Shown here: positions 46,681 through 56,412 of the stretch, piece after piece | How the letters are laid out: every line of letters starts with the position of its first letter | How positions within the stretch are numbered: position 1 is the first letter of the stretch | Source of the DNA: a virus | Virus record (IMG/VR): IMGVR_UViG_3300037222_000038 | Coordinates: 4,897-68,896 of that record | Length of the DNA: 64,000 nt | Reading direction: 5' to 3' (one strand) | The notes under the pieces: model-generated | What the model saw: the letters and a program-made list of their open reading frames with translations, nothing else | Databases searched by the model: none | Told to the model about the DNA's origin: nothing | Program-made: the position numbers and the translations under genes

Positions 46681-47772
46681 CTAAACTTCCACGCCGCTGC
46701 TGTCAGACGGCATTCCGATTTGTCGATAGAAATTTTCGAGATACGCGGCGGCACGATCGACGCCGAGAGGCAATTCTGCCTTGGAGCCGCCCGATGCGGA
46801 CGAGGGACGAGTGGTGGCACGAGCCCGGTGCGTCTTGACTTCTTCGCGCACGGTTTCTGTCGCCGTCTGCTGAATCTTCTCGCCCAGTGCGGCGTACATG
46901 GCCGTCTTGAAGGCGACGGAATTGGGCGGCAACTGCTGTCCGGTTTGGGCCATGCCGACCAGCAGCATGTTGGCCGTTTGCATGATTTGCGCACGGGCTT
47001 CGGGAGTGTTCACCAGCTTCTGAACGGATTCGGAAAGCCCTGATTTGAACGACTCGTAATCGCGGTCGATGAGTTCCCGCTGATGCTGCGCCTGCAACGC
47101 CTGAAACTGCTGCGTCTGACCGTGCATGTACTGCTGGGTCTTGGCGTTGTAGTCGTCCTGCGCCCGCATCCTCGCGACCATCAGATTGTAATTCTGGGTG
47201 GCGAATTGATGGCTGACGAGGTTCTGCGCATGACCCTGTTTGGCCGTTCCCACAATGGCTTCGACCAGACTGGGATCGAAGTTCTTTTGGGCCAGATCCA
47301 ACCGCATCGCGTTCTCGTCGAACACAGGTGCTGCGGGCGGCGGCGGCAGTTGCAGAGTCTGCTGAACGGGGGCTGCGACCGGGGCGGGGGCTTGCTGCTG
47401 GCGCGCGACATTGTAGGCTTGGAAGGCCACGTTCTCGGCAGTCCGCACGACGGCTTCGAGTTGAATCGGGTCTTTGAACGTCGCGATGACTTCCGGGGTG
47501 TACCCAATCTGCGCGGCACGTTGCATGAGCGCATCGGAAATCACGGGGGCGGCGGGAGCAACGGCCGCAGCTTCGGGGCTTGCGGCCGGTGCGGCTCCCG
47601 CGACAGGAGGTGGATCGTTTTCGCCCGGAGGACCAAAGTCGTACTGGTCTTCGAGCGGTGTCGAAGCGGGAGCGGAGGCAGGAGACGGGGGAGCGTCGGA
47701 TGTTGCCGGAATCGACGTGTCTACGGCATCGGCAACCGGATTTGTGTCTGGTCCGTCTTCGAGATCAACCAT
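46681..47772 (-). CDS. Capsid scaffolding protein
   Basis: Acidic P/A-rich N-terminus, helical core, immediately upstream of capsid. Confidence 0.7.
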   Translation of the reverse strand: MVDLEDGPDTNPVADAVDTSIPATSDAPPSPASAPASTPLEDQYDFGPPGENDPPPVAGAAPAASPEAAAVAPAAPVISDALMQRAAQIGYTPEVIATFKDPIQLEAVVRTAENVAFQAYNVARQQQAPAPVAAPVQQTLQLPPPPAAPVFDENAMRLDLAQKNFDPSLVEAIVGTAKQGHAQNLVSHQFATQNYNLMVARMRAQDDYNAKTQQYMHGQTQQFQALQAQHQRELIDRDYESFKSGLSESVQKLVNTPEARAQIMQTANMLLVGMAQTGQQLPPNSVAFKTAMYAALGEKIQQTATETVREEVKTHRARATTRPSSASGGSKAELPLGVDRAAAYLENFYRQIGMPSDSSGVEV

Positions 47773-47795
47773 TCCGCGTTCCTGAAACGAAAAGA

Positions 47796-47910
47796 GGTCA
47801 ACAGCGACTGCTGCGGACCTTCTCGAAAAGGAACGCTGTGTTCGAGCACGCCGGGGGCATGACTCCCGGTTGCATCCTGTCTCAAAAATCAACAGCAATC
47901 GCTGTTGACC
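47796..47910 (-). promoter_or_regulatory. Leader with alternative pairings upstream of scaffold/capsid genes
   Basis: 47796-47813 vs 47893-47910 inverted, 17 of 18; local hairpin 47889-47908. Confidence 0.5.
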
Positions 47911-47920
47911 CCGTTAATCT

Positions 47921-48076
47921 TTAACGTTTACCCGACTTCAATTGATTCTTCGGCGGCTTGCCAGTTTTCAATGCCTCGCCCGTGACGGCCTGTGCGATCT
48001 TGGCAGCGGACTCTTCCGAGTGCCCCTGTGCCTTGAGATTGGCGAAGGTCTTGTGGACGTGGCTGTTTTTTGGCAT
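47921..48076 (-). CDS. 51-aa basic protein (not in ORF track)
   Basis: MPKNSHVHKTFANLKAQGHSEESAAKIAQAVTGEALKTGKPPKNQLKSGKR. Confidence 0.6.
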   Translation of the reverse strand: MPKNSHVHKTFANLKAQGHSEESAAKIAQAVTGEALKTGKPPKNQLKSGKR

Positions 48077-48290
48077 TCAAACCCCAAGAGCGGACGTTCG
48101 GACTTGCACCGAAATCTCCAGTTGGCACTCATCGGTTCAGTTCGTGATCGGCCGTGTCACGATCCTTTGGACTCGAACCTCCGACAACCAACCAGCGGCG
48201 TTCTAATTCCCCCACATCCGCATTATTAACAACTCGTTTCGCGATTATGGATAAATATCCATTCCGGTGTCAAGTGGGAATTCTCGGATT

Positions 48291-48581
48291 TCAGTTCTCG
48301 ACAACGGCAATCACGTCGGATTCTCGGATGACAACGATGCCATCTTCGACTTCCATTGCGGTGTAATCGTTGAACAAAATCTCGTTCCCCTTGCGTACTT
48401 GCATGGAGATTCTATTGTCGCCGCCAAGAGAATCACATTGCCGTCCAGGTCCACTGGCGATTACAAGACCGCGAGTGCATTTCTCGCGAGTTCCGTCAGG
48501 CAGAACGATACCTCCCTTGGTGACTTTGTTCGCTTCAATAAGTTCGACAACGAGATGGTCTTCTGTCGGCTTCAGCTTCAT
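48291..48581 (-). CDS. groES: Co-chaperonin GroES/Cpn10
   Basis: MKLKPTEDHLVV, TKGGIVLPD, GPG, IRESDVIAVVE. Confidence 0.93.
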   Translation of the reverse strand: MKLKPTEDHLVVELIEANKVTKGGIVLPDGTREKCTRGLVIASGPGRQCDSLGGDNRISMQVRKGNEILFNDYTAMEVEDGIVVIRESDVIAVVEN

Positions 48582-48604
48582 CTGCCTCTCCTTGGGTGAA
48601 ATGA

Positions 48605-49132
48605 TTAATATGGCAACTGATCTTCCGTGGTGAGTCCCGGTATGTACATCGGCTGTTCTTCTTCGTAGGAAATCTGCGGTAGACCGCGAATATCTCGCTC
48701 CCGCGCATCGAGTTTCTGGGGGTCGCTGTAGCTTCCGCCTTTGCCGTGGCAGGAGTAGAAGCCGTGTGATTCGGCGTAGCGCTTGTACTGACCTTTCGAT
48801 CGGAACACGGCCCGTCCCGCCTCATCGTATTCGATCGGGCATCCCAGTTCGGCATCGGCTTTCATGTGCTTCACTCGGTCGTCGGGGTTGATTCCGAGTT
48901 CGTCCGATTTCATCACGAACACGCCCGTCCCGTGGGTGGCACCAGTCTTGCCGATCTTCAGCAACGTCTCGGTGTGCTTACTGCCGTCGAGCCTGGACTC
49001 GAACGTGAACTTGTCGCCCGGCTTGATCGGCCCGCGTTTCTTCTTACGGCGCGAGAGCAACAGGTCGCAGTCGATCTTGAGCGTGTATTCGCTGCCGGTG
49101 TCGTCTCGTTTCATGCGGAACTGCTGGATCAT
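48605..49132 (-). CDS. Hypothetical protein
   Basis: ATGA overlap with portal stop. Confidence 0.65.
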   Translation of the reverse strand: MIQQFRMKRDDTGSEYTLKIDCDLLLSRRKKKRGPIKPGDKFTFESRLDGSKHTETLLKIGKTGATHGTGVFVMKSDELGINPDDRVKHMKADAELGCPIEYDEAGRAVFRSKGQYKRYAESHGFYSCHGKGGSYSDPQKLDARERDIRGLPQISYEEEQPMYIPGLTTEDQLPY

Positions 49133-51066
49133 GCAACACCCGGTTTCGTGTTTGTTGAACCCATGTTTGATACCAATTCGGCCGTACTTTCCTTCCCGGT
49201 TTTCGGCTTCACGACTCGATCGTACTGGCGAGTTGTGTTTTGTTTGCCCGGTGACGTGTTCGCCATCTGTTGATCCGGGTCGGGCAACTGCTGGTTGAAC
49301 TTGATGATGTCCCGCAACTGCTTTACGCCGCTCAACTCTTCCTTGGCCTGCATCCACGCCTGCGCGTCCACGGTGACGCCCTGCTGTTGCAGGAACGGCA
49401 ACAGTGGAATGAGCTGCTGCACCGTGCCGTCAATCGCCGCAAGCTGCTGACTGGGGGTCATGTCGATCAGCGAATACGGAACCACGGTGAAGTTCAGATC
49501 GTTGAACTCGCCCTGCCGCAGATCGTGCTCCTGCCCGAACATATCCGTCTCTTTCGGCCACTGGATTTCATACTCCACGTCGGTATCCGGGAGATTGTCC
49601 ATCACCGAAACCTTGACGAGCGGGTCATTCCAGAGATACCAGGCGATCGCCGTGATGACGCTCTTGGTGACGTTGATGATCTCCTGTTGCATCATCTGAA
49701 TGCGGCCCGATGCCGACTGCTGAAGGATCTGCTCTTGACCGAGCGTGTCAGCGCCGGTTGCAGTGCCACCCATCGTATCGAGGTTTCCGGCCTCTTCCGA
49801 AGCGCGATGAGCCACGACTTGTTCCGTGGTCATTAAGCCTTGGTCGGCACCCCCGAACTTCATGAACTTGATCGCGTCGGGATGCGTAACAGCGATAACT
49901 TCACCGTCGCCGGCTCGCACGACTTTCTCGGCATCTTTGAACGCCGCCATCGACGCAAACCCCACGTCTTTCTGGCGACTGGCCTGCTGTCCCATCTTCT
50001 CGAACAGCCTGTTGTCGAGGTCCGACAGCGGCGCAATGTCGATCGCCGGGGGCTTGGGCATGATCTGATTGAGCACCAGCTTGTAGCGCCCGATCCGGTA
50101 CGGTCCTTCAGGATGCCCGGTCCACGCCTCGACCCGCAACGGCTTATCGCCTGCCACGGGATACGTGACGATCAGTTTCTTGCGCGGCAGGTAAATATCC
50201 CAGAGCCACACATCATCGCTCTCTTCGGTGTCCAGCGCAGCCTGCTTGTTGCCACCCATGTCGCTGGCTGATTCCTGCCCGGTCGCTTGATCGAAGGCCG
50301 TCATCTGGCCTTGCAGATTCTGCGCGACTTCCCGGTCGTTGCGGCCATCGGCGATGATCGACTTGCGGGAGGCTTTGTATTTATCCCCCATGAACTTGCA
50401 TTCGGCCAGCCGCGAGACTGAAGTGTCGTACACGAAGTCCTCGAACCACACGGCATCGCAGAACGGCATGGCCGATGCGTCGAACGGGTAGTTCCGTTGC
50501 GTGTACTGCGGGTCTTCCACGCCGACTTTCATTACCATCATGCTGAACAACGATTCGAGAACCCCCATGCGCAGGGATTCTTTCAGGTTGATCTGAGTCA
50601 GAATGTGGTTCAGAGCCAGTTGGAAGTAGCGACAACCGGCCTTGAGCACCAGCTTGTTCGTGAGGATCAGGCACTGCGGGTTTCCGCTGATGAGCTTCTG
50701 CATGTAGACTTCAACCATGCGATCCAGCAGGTTGACGACGCAGGCGTGCGCTCCCTGTCCATCGCCAGCCGTTCCCAGCGAGTTGCCGACGTACTGCTTC
50801 AGGGTCCGCAAACGATTCGTGCGTTGCGGCTGCATGTTCTGATAGCTCTTGCTCACCTTGTCCTTGAGCTTCAGGAACTCTTCGTCAGTCAGCAGCGGCT
50901 TGGCGACTTGACCGGCCGCTATCGACTGCACCTGTTGCAAGTGCGGATCGACCGGAGGCGGCGGGGGGGTCGGTTGTGGAGGCTGAGGCGGCTGCTGTTG
51001 CGGCATCCCTTGGGGCGGCATGGGCGGTCGGGGCATCGGCTGAGGCGGCTGCATTATTGACATCAT
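49129..51066 (-). CDS. Portal protein
   Basis: 645 aa directly after TerL; T7/P22-like pattern; Pro/Gln-rich N-terminal extension. Confidence 0.8.
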   Translation of the reverse strand: MMSIMQPPQPMPRPPMPPQGMPQQQPPQPPQPTPPPPPVDPHLQQVQSIAAGQVAKPLLTDEEFLKLKDKVSKSYQNMQPQRTNRLRTLKQYVGNSLGTAGDGQGAHACVVNLLDRMVEVYMQKLISGNPQCLILTNKLVLKAGCRYFQLALNHILTQINLKESLRMGVLESLFSMMVMKVGVEDPQYTQRNYPFDASAMPFCDAVWFEDFVYDTSVSRLAECKFMGDKYKASRKSIIADGRNDREVAQNLQGQMTAFDQATGQESASDMGGNKQAALDTEESDDVWLWDIYLPRKKLIVTYPVAGDKPLRVEAWTGHPEGPYRIGRYKLVLNQIMPKPPAIDIAPLSDLDNRLFEKMGQQASRQKDVGFASMAAFKDAEKVVRAGDGEVIAVTHPDAIKFMKFGGADQGLMTTEQVVAHRASEEAGNLDTMGGTATGADTLGQEQILQQSASGRIQMMQQEIINVTKSVITAIAWYLWNDPLVKVSVMDNLPDTDVEYEIQWPKETDMFGQEHDLRQGEFNDLNFTVVPYSLIDMTPSQQLAAIDGTVQQLIPLLPFLQQQGVTVDAQAWMQAKEELSGVKQLRDIIKFNQQLPDPDQQMANTSPGKQNTTRQYDRVVKPKTGKESTAELVSNMGSTNTKPGVA

Positions 51067-51071
51067 GTCTC

Positions 51072-53030
51072 CTAAACTTCCACGATTTCTTCGTGTTTAC
51101 GCTGCTGCGACTCAAGCGGATCCCAATACCGCAACGTCTCTGTCCGCTGTCCCAGATATTGTTGCCGACGCCACTCGAAACCGCCATACGGAGCTTCTTC
51201 TTCCGGTGTTTTGGAGGACACAAACTCCGGTTCGCTGTGAATTGCAAACCACGCGGCCCCCATCGCAATGGCGCAGTCACCGTGCGACTTTTCCGGCGCA
51301 TCAGCACGCCCGGCACCGACCAGAGGGTGCTTCAAGTCGCCATTCGAGTTGATGTAGTACCGTTCGCACTCGGCAATCGCCCGTTTCGATCGCGGCGTGA
51401 ACTTGTCGCGCGATATTCCGTGCTGCAACTCCCCTAAAAGCTGTTGTCCACCGTCTTTATTGTCGTATCCGACCCGGTGACCCATCATTTGCCGCACGTC
51501 GTCGCGCGAGGCGGGTCGATTCCAGAGATTCGGGTACTGCAATTCGAGGATTTTGGCCAGAAACCGACTCCCGACACCAGTAATTTCAGGCAGCATGATC
51601 GCCCGGTTGAAAACACGACCGATTTGCGAGCAAAACACCGCAAAATCTTCCGGTTCGATGCGATTGTAGGCGTATTCCGCGACTTGGCGACTCATGCGAC
51701 GGTCGATTATCGAAAAACTGGAGCAGGATGAGTACGATCCCCCCTTTCCGCCGGCGATATCGACGCCCATCGAGTACATTCGCCCCTCCGGAACCAGCAA
51801 AATGCCGTGTTCGTCGATCTTCAACTCCGATCCCGGCTCGATCCACACGTCAATCGGGTTGTCGCGGTCTGTTCTACGCAGTTCTGCGATCCATTCCCGG
51901 CTGATTTTCGTCAATTCGAGGCGTTCCGTGGGCTCTTTGCAGAGTGCCTGAGCCTTGAAGATGCACGACGAATGAAAGAATCGCGACGTGGCACCCCCGA
52001 AGTTCATCCCCAACTCGGCGGCGATCGACTGTTCGGTCGCTCCGGCCCGCTTGCACTCATAGTCGTAGTAGGGGGAACGTGTCTGACCATCGCGCACGAA
52101 CTTGTAATTGGCCGGAAACTGGTATTCCTTGTCCACAATCTCGATGGAGTTGCCATCCGAGCGGTAGAGGCCGGCCGCTTTGTCTTTGTCGAGCCACCAC
52201 GGCCACTCGAATCGCACAATGTCGGAGTTCTGGTCCTCGCACACGTCGTAGAACATGCCCGCCTGGCCGCGGTCGCGGTTCGGTGTCGAGATCAGAATGC
52301 GGCAGTGCGTGATGTGCTGCAATGAGTCCATCGCCGCATTGTCAGAGATCGGAGGCCATGCGTGCGCTTCGTCGCCGAAGAACGCTTTCTTGCGGCCACC
52401 GCGAGCCATGTTTCCTGTGCAGGCATACCCGGTGATCGACGATCCGTTGTCACGGTTCAGAATCGTGTGGTGCGTCCTGTTGCGGTCGCGCTGCGGGCGC
52501 AGGAACTCCGGCAGATGGTCGTCGATGAAGTCCATCTTGGCTAAGAGGGAGTCGGGATCGTCTGGGCTGTCAACGGAGTCTTCGTCTTTCGACACGACGC
52601 CAAAGTGCGAGTGCGCGTGAAACCGCCAATCCCAGTCGAACAGGTACAGCACCATCCACGTGGCACCCATTTCACGGGACTTCTTAGCCACCATATCCTT
52701 CTTGCCAAGGTTTTTCTGCATCGTCAGGAAGGCTTCTTCCTGATAATCACGCGGCAGGAAAGGAATCTCTTTGGCTGATCCGAAGTTGCGGGTATCCTGC
52801 CATTGGGCGGTATTACGCGGTTCGAGAAGCCACCCAAAAACGGAGATGTAGAACAGCAGATCCCGCGAGCAGATGATCCACAACTCTTCGGCAATCTCTG
52901 GATCGGACCACGCTTTGTCGAGGCACCACTTGCGGAACTCGACGTTTTCCCACGGGTCTTTAGGAACCAGAGTTCTATAAAACCAGTCCGTAGGTCCGAG
53001 CGGGCAGTGATGGCGGTCAAGCAGTTTCAA
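51072..53030 (-). CDS. terL: Terminase large subunit
   Basis: KSREMGATW, RGG, FFGDEA, ISTPN, MGVDIAGG, HGD. Confidence 0.92.
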   Translation of the reverse strand: MKLLDRHHCPLGPTDWFYRTLVPKDPWENVEFRKWCLDKAWSDPEIAEELWIICSRDLLFYISVFGWLLEPRNTAQWQDTRNFGSAKEIPFLPRDYQEEAFLTMQKNLGKKDMVAKKSREMGATWMVLYLFDWDWRFHAHSHFGVVSKDEDSVDSPDDPDSLLAKMDFIDDHLPEFLRPQRDRNRTHHTILNRDNGSSITGYACTGNMARGGRKKAFFGDEAHAWPPISDNAAMDSLQHITHCRILISTPNRDRGQAGMFYDVCEDQNSDIVRFEWPWWLDKDKAAGLYRSDGNSIEIVDKEYQFPANYKFVRDGQTRSPYYDYECKRAGATEQSIAAELGMNFGGATSRFFHSSCIFKAQALCKEPTERLELTKISREWIAELRRTDRDNPIDVWIEPGSELKIDEHGILLVPEGRMYSMGVDIAGGKGGSYSSCSSFSIIDRRMSRQVAEYAYNRIEPEDFAVFCSQIGRVFNRAIMLPEITGVGSRFLAKILELQYPNLWNRPASRDDVRQMMGHRVGYDNKDGGQQLLGELQHGISRDKFTPRSKRAIAECERYYINSNGDLKHPLVGAGRADAPEKSHGDCAIAMGAAWFAIHSEPEFVSSKTPEEEAPYGGFEWRRQQYLGQRTETLRYWDPLESQQRKHEEIVEV

Positions 53031-53442
53031 CGGGCGGCTCCGTGAGTCTGACCAGCGTGTACAGCGGCTTCACGCCCATTGGCAGATAGCCCACAATGTC
53101 CACGAACGGAATCTGAGAACCGTCGTCCTTCAACTTCTGGATTCGCTGCCGGATGTTCTCCTTCACGGCGTCTCGGGCTTCGTCGCGGGTCTTGCCGACT
53201 CCGGCCTTGATGCCTTCCAGGTCCTTCGACCATGCCTCGAATCCGTTCTCGTTCGGGACGATAATCACTCGGCAGACGTAGCCCTTATACTCTTCGCGCC
53301 ACCCGGTATCTTTCTTGAATTTCTCTTTATGAGACTGCGACGAGGGCGGACTCTGGCGGGACGTTTGCGGCAACCTCGCAGCTTCCGACAACGACGGACT
53401 CGGTGTCGATCGCAACATCTGCATTTCTCGGGAATTGCTCAT
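53017..53442 (-). CDS. HicB-like antitoxin-domain protein
   Basis: VIIVPNENGFEAWSKDLEG...GKTRDEARDAVKENI...GSQIP; GGAG RBS. Confidence 0.6.
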   Translation of the reverse strand: MSNSREMQMLRSTPSPSLSEAARLPQTSRQSPPSSQSHKEKFKKDTGWREEYKGYVCRVIIVPNENGFEAWSKDLEGIKAGVGKTRDEARDAVKENIRQRIQKLKDDGSQIPFVDIVGYLPMGVKPLYTLVRLTEPPVETA

Positions 53443-53755
53443 TCAGTAGCTCCGGTTTCTCTGCTTCAAGCAGGTCGAAAAGGCGCATGAACTTTCGGTT
53501 GTCATCGCTCATCGTCTTGCCGATTTCGGGCGGCTTCTCTTTCCGCACGACTACGGCGTAGACCGACTTCATGAAATCGCTCTTGGATTTCTCGTCCACG
53601 GAAGCGATCTTGTACATTTCCCAAGCGGCCGGCGACGGGGCCAATTTCTGGTCGGGATTGGCCGACAGGTTCGACATCACCCACCGCACGTCAAGCTCGT
53701 TCGAGCCTGCCGGGGCATCCACCTGATTCGTTGTCTTCTTGCGGGGGCGTCCCAT
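53327..53755 (-). CDS. Putative terminase small subunit
   Basis: First gene of packaging operon, MGRPRK start; positional only. Confidence 0.4.
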   Translation of the reverse strand: MGRPRKKTTNQVDAPAGSNELDVRWVMSNLSANPDQKLAPSPAAWEMYKIASVDEKSKSDFMKSVYAVVVRKEKPPEIGKTMSDDNRKFMRLFDLLEAEKPELLNEQFPRNADVAIDTESVVVGSCEVAANVPPESALVAVS

Positions 53756-53835
53756 TGATATTTACCAGAAATTATAGACGTTTCCGATATTTATACACTA
53801 CTGGTTCTTGGGATGGTAGCCCAATGTGACTACTG

Positions 53836-53864
53836 TTGACAATAGGGTCTGGTCATGTTAGGTT
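53836..53864 (+). promoter_or_regulatory. Possible sigma70-type promoter in divergent intergenic region
   Basis: TTGACA-17-TAGGTT. Confidence 0.4.
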
Positions 53865-53933
53865 GGTGACTGGCACCAAATACGTCGTTGCCGACGTATT
53901 TGACTCCGACTCCAGTCCCGCGAAAGGAACCCG

Positions 53934-54632
53934 ATGCACATTCTACCGTTGATTCTGTCCGTGTTTTCCTACAAGCAGCACATGACCGACCGCTATTTGC
54001 GGAGCCTGTCGTCAGTCGCTCCCAGGCGGTTCGCCAACGTAGAGATTCCCAAGCTGGCCGTCTCGTCGTCCGGGGAATTGAGGGTCATCGCCGGCGAGAC
54101 CGGTCTGATGGCACCGGATGAAGTCGAGGCCATTCGGAGCCGACCGCGAGATATGTCGGCGGGTCCGCCGCGACCGGCAACGCGCGTGAATCCCGTCACA
54201 AAGGAAGTCGAGGAAACCAACGAGATCATCGGCTCGTACTTCGCCAGCAACGAGATCACGCACAACGGCACAGACGCATGGAACAGCCTGCTGGCGCGTC
54301 TCGGGGAGAACGGCATCGTCATCGACGAGGATCGCGTGGCGGAACTCTCGGCTGGCTTCTACGCCGAACGCAAGATGCAGGAGATTCTCGGTCGCTCCGA
54401 CAAGCAGCGGCTCCGGGACGAACTCTCTGGCGACCTGCTGAACGATGAGGGCGGAATGCTCTACAACGCCCACTGGGTCCGGGAACTGGAGTCGCACCCA
54501 GACGCCGAGAACATCGCCCAAGAGTGCTACGACAATCTGCACAAGAACTTCCCGCGAGCACTGGGTTCCGACGTGGCGGCTGTCGGGAAGTCCATCACGT
54601 TTGACAAGAACACGATCGAGGTGGAATCTTGA
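53934..54632 (+). CDS. Hypothetical protein
   Basis: AAGGA RBS, 232 aa. Confidence 0.7.
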   Translation: MHILPLILSVFSYKQHMTDRYLRSLSSVAPRRFANVEIPKLAVSSSGELRVIAGETGLMAPDEVEAIRSRPRDMSAGPPRPATRVNPVTKEVEETNEIIGSYFASNEITHNGTDAWNSLLARLGENGIVIDEDRVAELSAGFYAERKMQEILGRSDKQRLRDELSGDLLNDEGGMLYNAHWVRELESHPDAENIAQECYDNLHKNFPRALGSDVAAVGKSITFDKNTIEVES

Positions 54633-55102
54633 CATACCGCGATCTGATTAAGGTGGCGATGGACTGGCAGCGGATTCTGGATTCAAATGATCTGGATTCA
54701 CTTTCAATAGGACGCAGGAAGCCGTCGCCACTGACATTCATTCTCGGAAGAGTCATGAGGATGATTCCGGAAGAGTTGCGTGGAACTTCGATCGAAGATT
54801 TCGAGAGCAATTGTCGCACACTTTTTGCCGTCGATGCCGCCAACAAAGTTTACGATGCCCTCGGAAGGGGGACAGCCGAAAGACAGCCCTTGGACGCGAC
54901 TCGATTATGGTCTTCTGAAACCTACCCCGGTCGCATTTGCGCTGTTCGCATTCAGATTGATTCAAAGGGAGTCGATCCTCTCCGCGAACAACTCCTTAAA
55001 CCCATCAGCCACGGCCACGTCTACCACATCCTCGCCGCACTGTATCCCAAGTTCCCGGAGTTCTGCGACAAGAAATTCCCTCTGGAGTCCCCGCACGTAT
55101 AA
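54629..55102 (+). CDS. Hypothetical protein
   Basis: Coupled both sides. Confidence 0.6.
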   Translation: MTYRDLIKVAMDWQRILDSNDLDSLSIGRRKPSPLTFILGRVMRMIPEELRGTSIEDFESNCRTLFAVDAANKVYDALGRGTAERQPLDATRLWSSETYPGRICAVRIQIDSKGVDPLREQLLKPISHGHVYHILAALYPKFPEFCDKKFPLESPHV

Positions 55103-55782
55103 TGAAATTCACCGCCCTGTACGTCCGGGTCTCGACCTTTGAGCAGAACGAGGCCAGCCAGATCGCCGTCATCGAGAAGTGGCTGGAAGGCAACGGCATC
55201 CTGCCCGAGTCCTTGCGCTGGTACATCGACAAAGGCAGGAGCGGCGACAACCTGGTTCGTCCGGAATTCGACCGCCTGACCGGGGACATTTTCCTTGGCC
55301 AGATCGAGACGGTCGTGACCTACAAACTCGACCGTGTGTCCCGCAACCTGCGCGATGGAGTCAACACGATCTGCGATTGGTGCGACCGCGGCTTACGAAT
55401 CGTGTCCGTCACCCAGCAGATCGACTTCAACGGCATCGTCGGCAAGATGCTCGCCGCCATTCTGTTCGCCATTGCCGAGAGCGAACAGGATACCCGTAGA
55501 GACCGACAAGCGGCCGGGATCGCCGTCGCCAAGGCCAATGGAAAGTACAAGGGCCGCGCGAAAGGCTGGCGAAAAGGGAACCCGGAACGGGCCAAACAAC
55601 TCAAGGCTATGGGACTCAGTTACCACGAAATCGCCGTGATTCTCGGCGTGTCCCGAGCAGCAGCCATTAACTATGTCACCGATTACGCCAAAAAGAGAGC
55701 ACAAAAATGTTTGCCCCAGAATGCGAGCCAAGTTCCCCTGGAAACTCCCCCGGAGCCGACTACAAACTCCGCGCCAGCGTGA
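55102..55782 (+). CDS. Small serine recombinase (resolvase/invertase family)
   Basis: YVRVST..Q, RPEF, KLDRVSRN, GIAVAKANGKYKGR, C-terminal HTH. Confidence 0.93.
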   Translation: MKFTALYVRVSTFEQNEASQIAVIEKWLEGNGILPESLRWYIDKGRSGDNLVRPEFDRLTGDIFLGQIETVVTYKLDRVSRNLRDGVNTICDWCDRGLRIVSVTQQIDFNGIVGKMLAAILFAIAESEQDTRRDRQAAGIAVAKANGKYKGRAKGWRKGNPERAKQLKAMGLSYHEIAVILGVSRAAAINYVTDYAKKRAQKCLPQNASQVPLETPPEPTTNSAPA

Positions 55783-55946
55783 AAGAATCGTCGATGCAGA
55801 CGGCCGCAACGATCGCCGCCATTCAGACGATCCTTGTGAAGAAAAAGCTCACGACGGTCAAGGAAATCGAGGCACTCACCGCGGCTGCGTTGGCCGATAT
55901 GGACCGGCAGGCACTGGACCTTGAAGACAAGGAGACGACGGAATGA
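55779..55946 (+). CDS. Small hypothetical protein
   Basis: Coupled. Confidence 0.5.
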   Translation: MKESSMQTAATIAAIQTILVKKKLTTVKEIEALTAAALADMDRQALDLEDKETTE

Positions 55947-56131
55947 ACGAACACGAACGAATCCTGAAAGAATTGCGTGCGATTTTCTCCGGTGAATCGC
56001 AGAACGAATCGGCCAACCTGTGCACTCTTCAAGAGGCAGCGGCCGTCTTGGCACCCATGCAGAACCAGCTTGACGAACTGAGGATTGCGTTCTACGACGC
56101 GATGACTAAAGTAATCGGGGAACTCCCATGA
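55943..56131 (+). CDS. Small hypothetical protein
   Basis: AAGGAG RBS, coupled. Confidence 0.6.
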   Translation: MNEHERILKELRAIFSGESQNESANLCTLQEAAAVLAPMQNQLDELRIAFYDAMTKVIGELP

Positions 56132-56412
56132 CCGCCCTACCTATTATCCGCCTTGAAGTTGACCGAATGAAGTACGCGATAACTGCGTGTCTGACCGAGC
56201 ACGCCGCACAGATGGACAAGGATTTGCGTGAAACTGTTGAGAAATTCTTTCTGACAAACCAGCCCGCCATAATCATCCGGGAGACTGCCATCGCTACCAT
56301 CAAGAAGGTCATGGAGGAGGAAGTAAAGCACTTCTTTCTGTACGGTGATGGACGCCGGGCACTGAAGAAGGCGATTCAGGAAGAGATGGAAAAGGATGGG
56401 TGGGGAACATGA
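56128..56412 (+). CDS. Hypothetical phage protein
   Basis: PIIRLEVDRMK. Confidence 0.7.
   Translation: MTALPIIRLEVDRMKYAITACLTEHAAQMDKDLRETVEKFFLTNQPAIIIRETAIATIKKVMEEEVKHFFLYGDGRRALKKAIQEEMEKDGWGT

Noticed and set aside
28886-52620. Long plus-strand ORFs opposite the structural genes
   Set aside because: Antisense shadows of GC-rich coding sequence, with no recognisable motifs.
53017-53755. Programmed frameshift fusing putative TerS to the HicB-like ORF
   Set aside because: No clear slippery heptamer; the downstream ORF has its own GGAG RBS and ATG.
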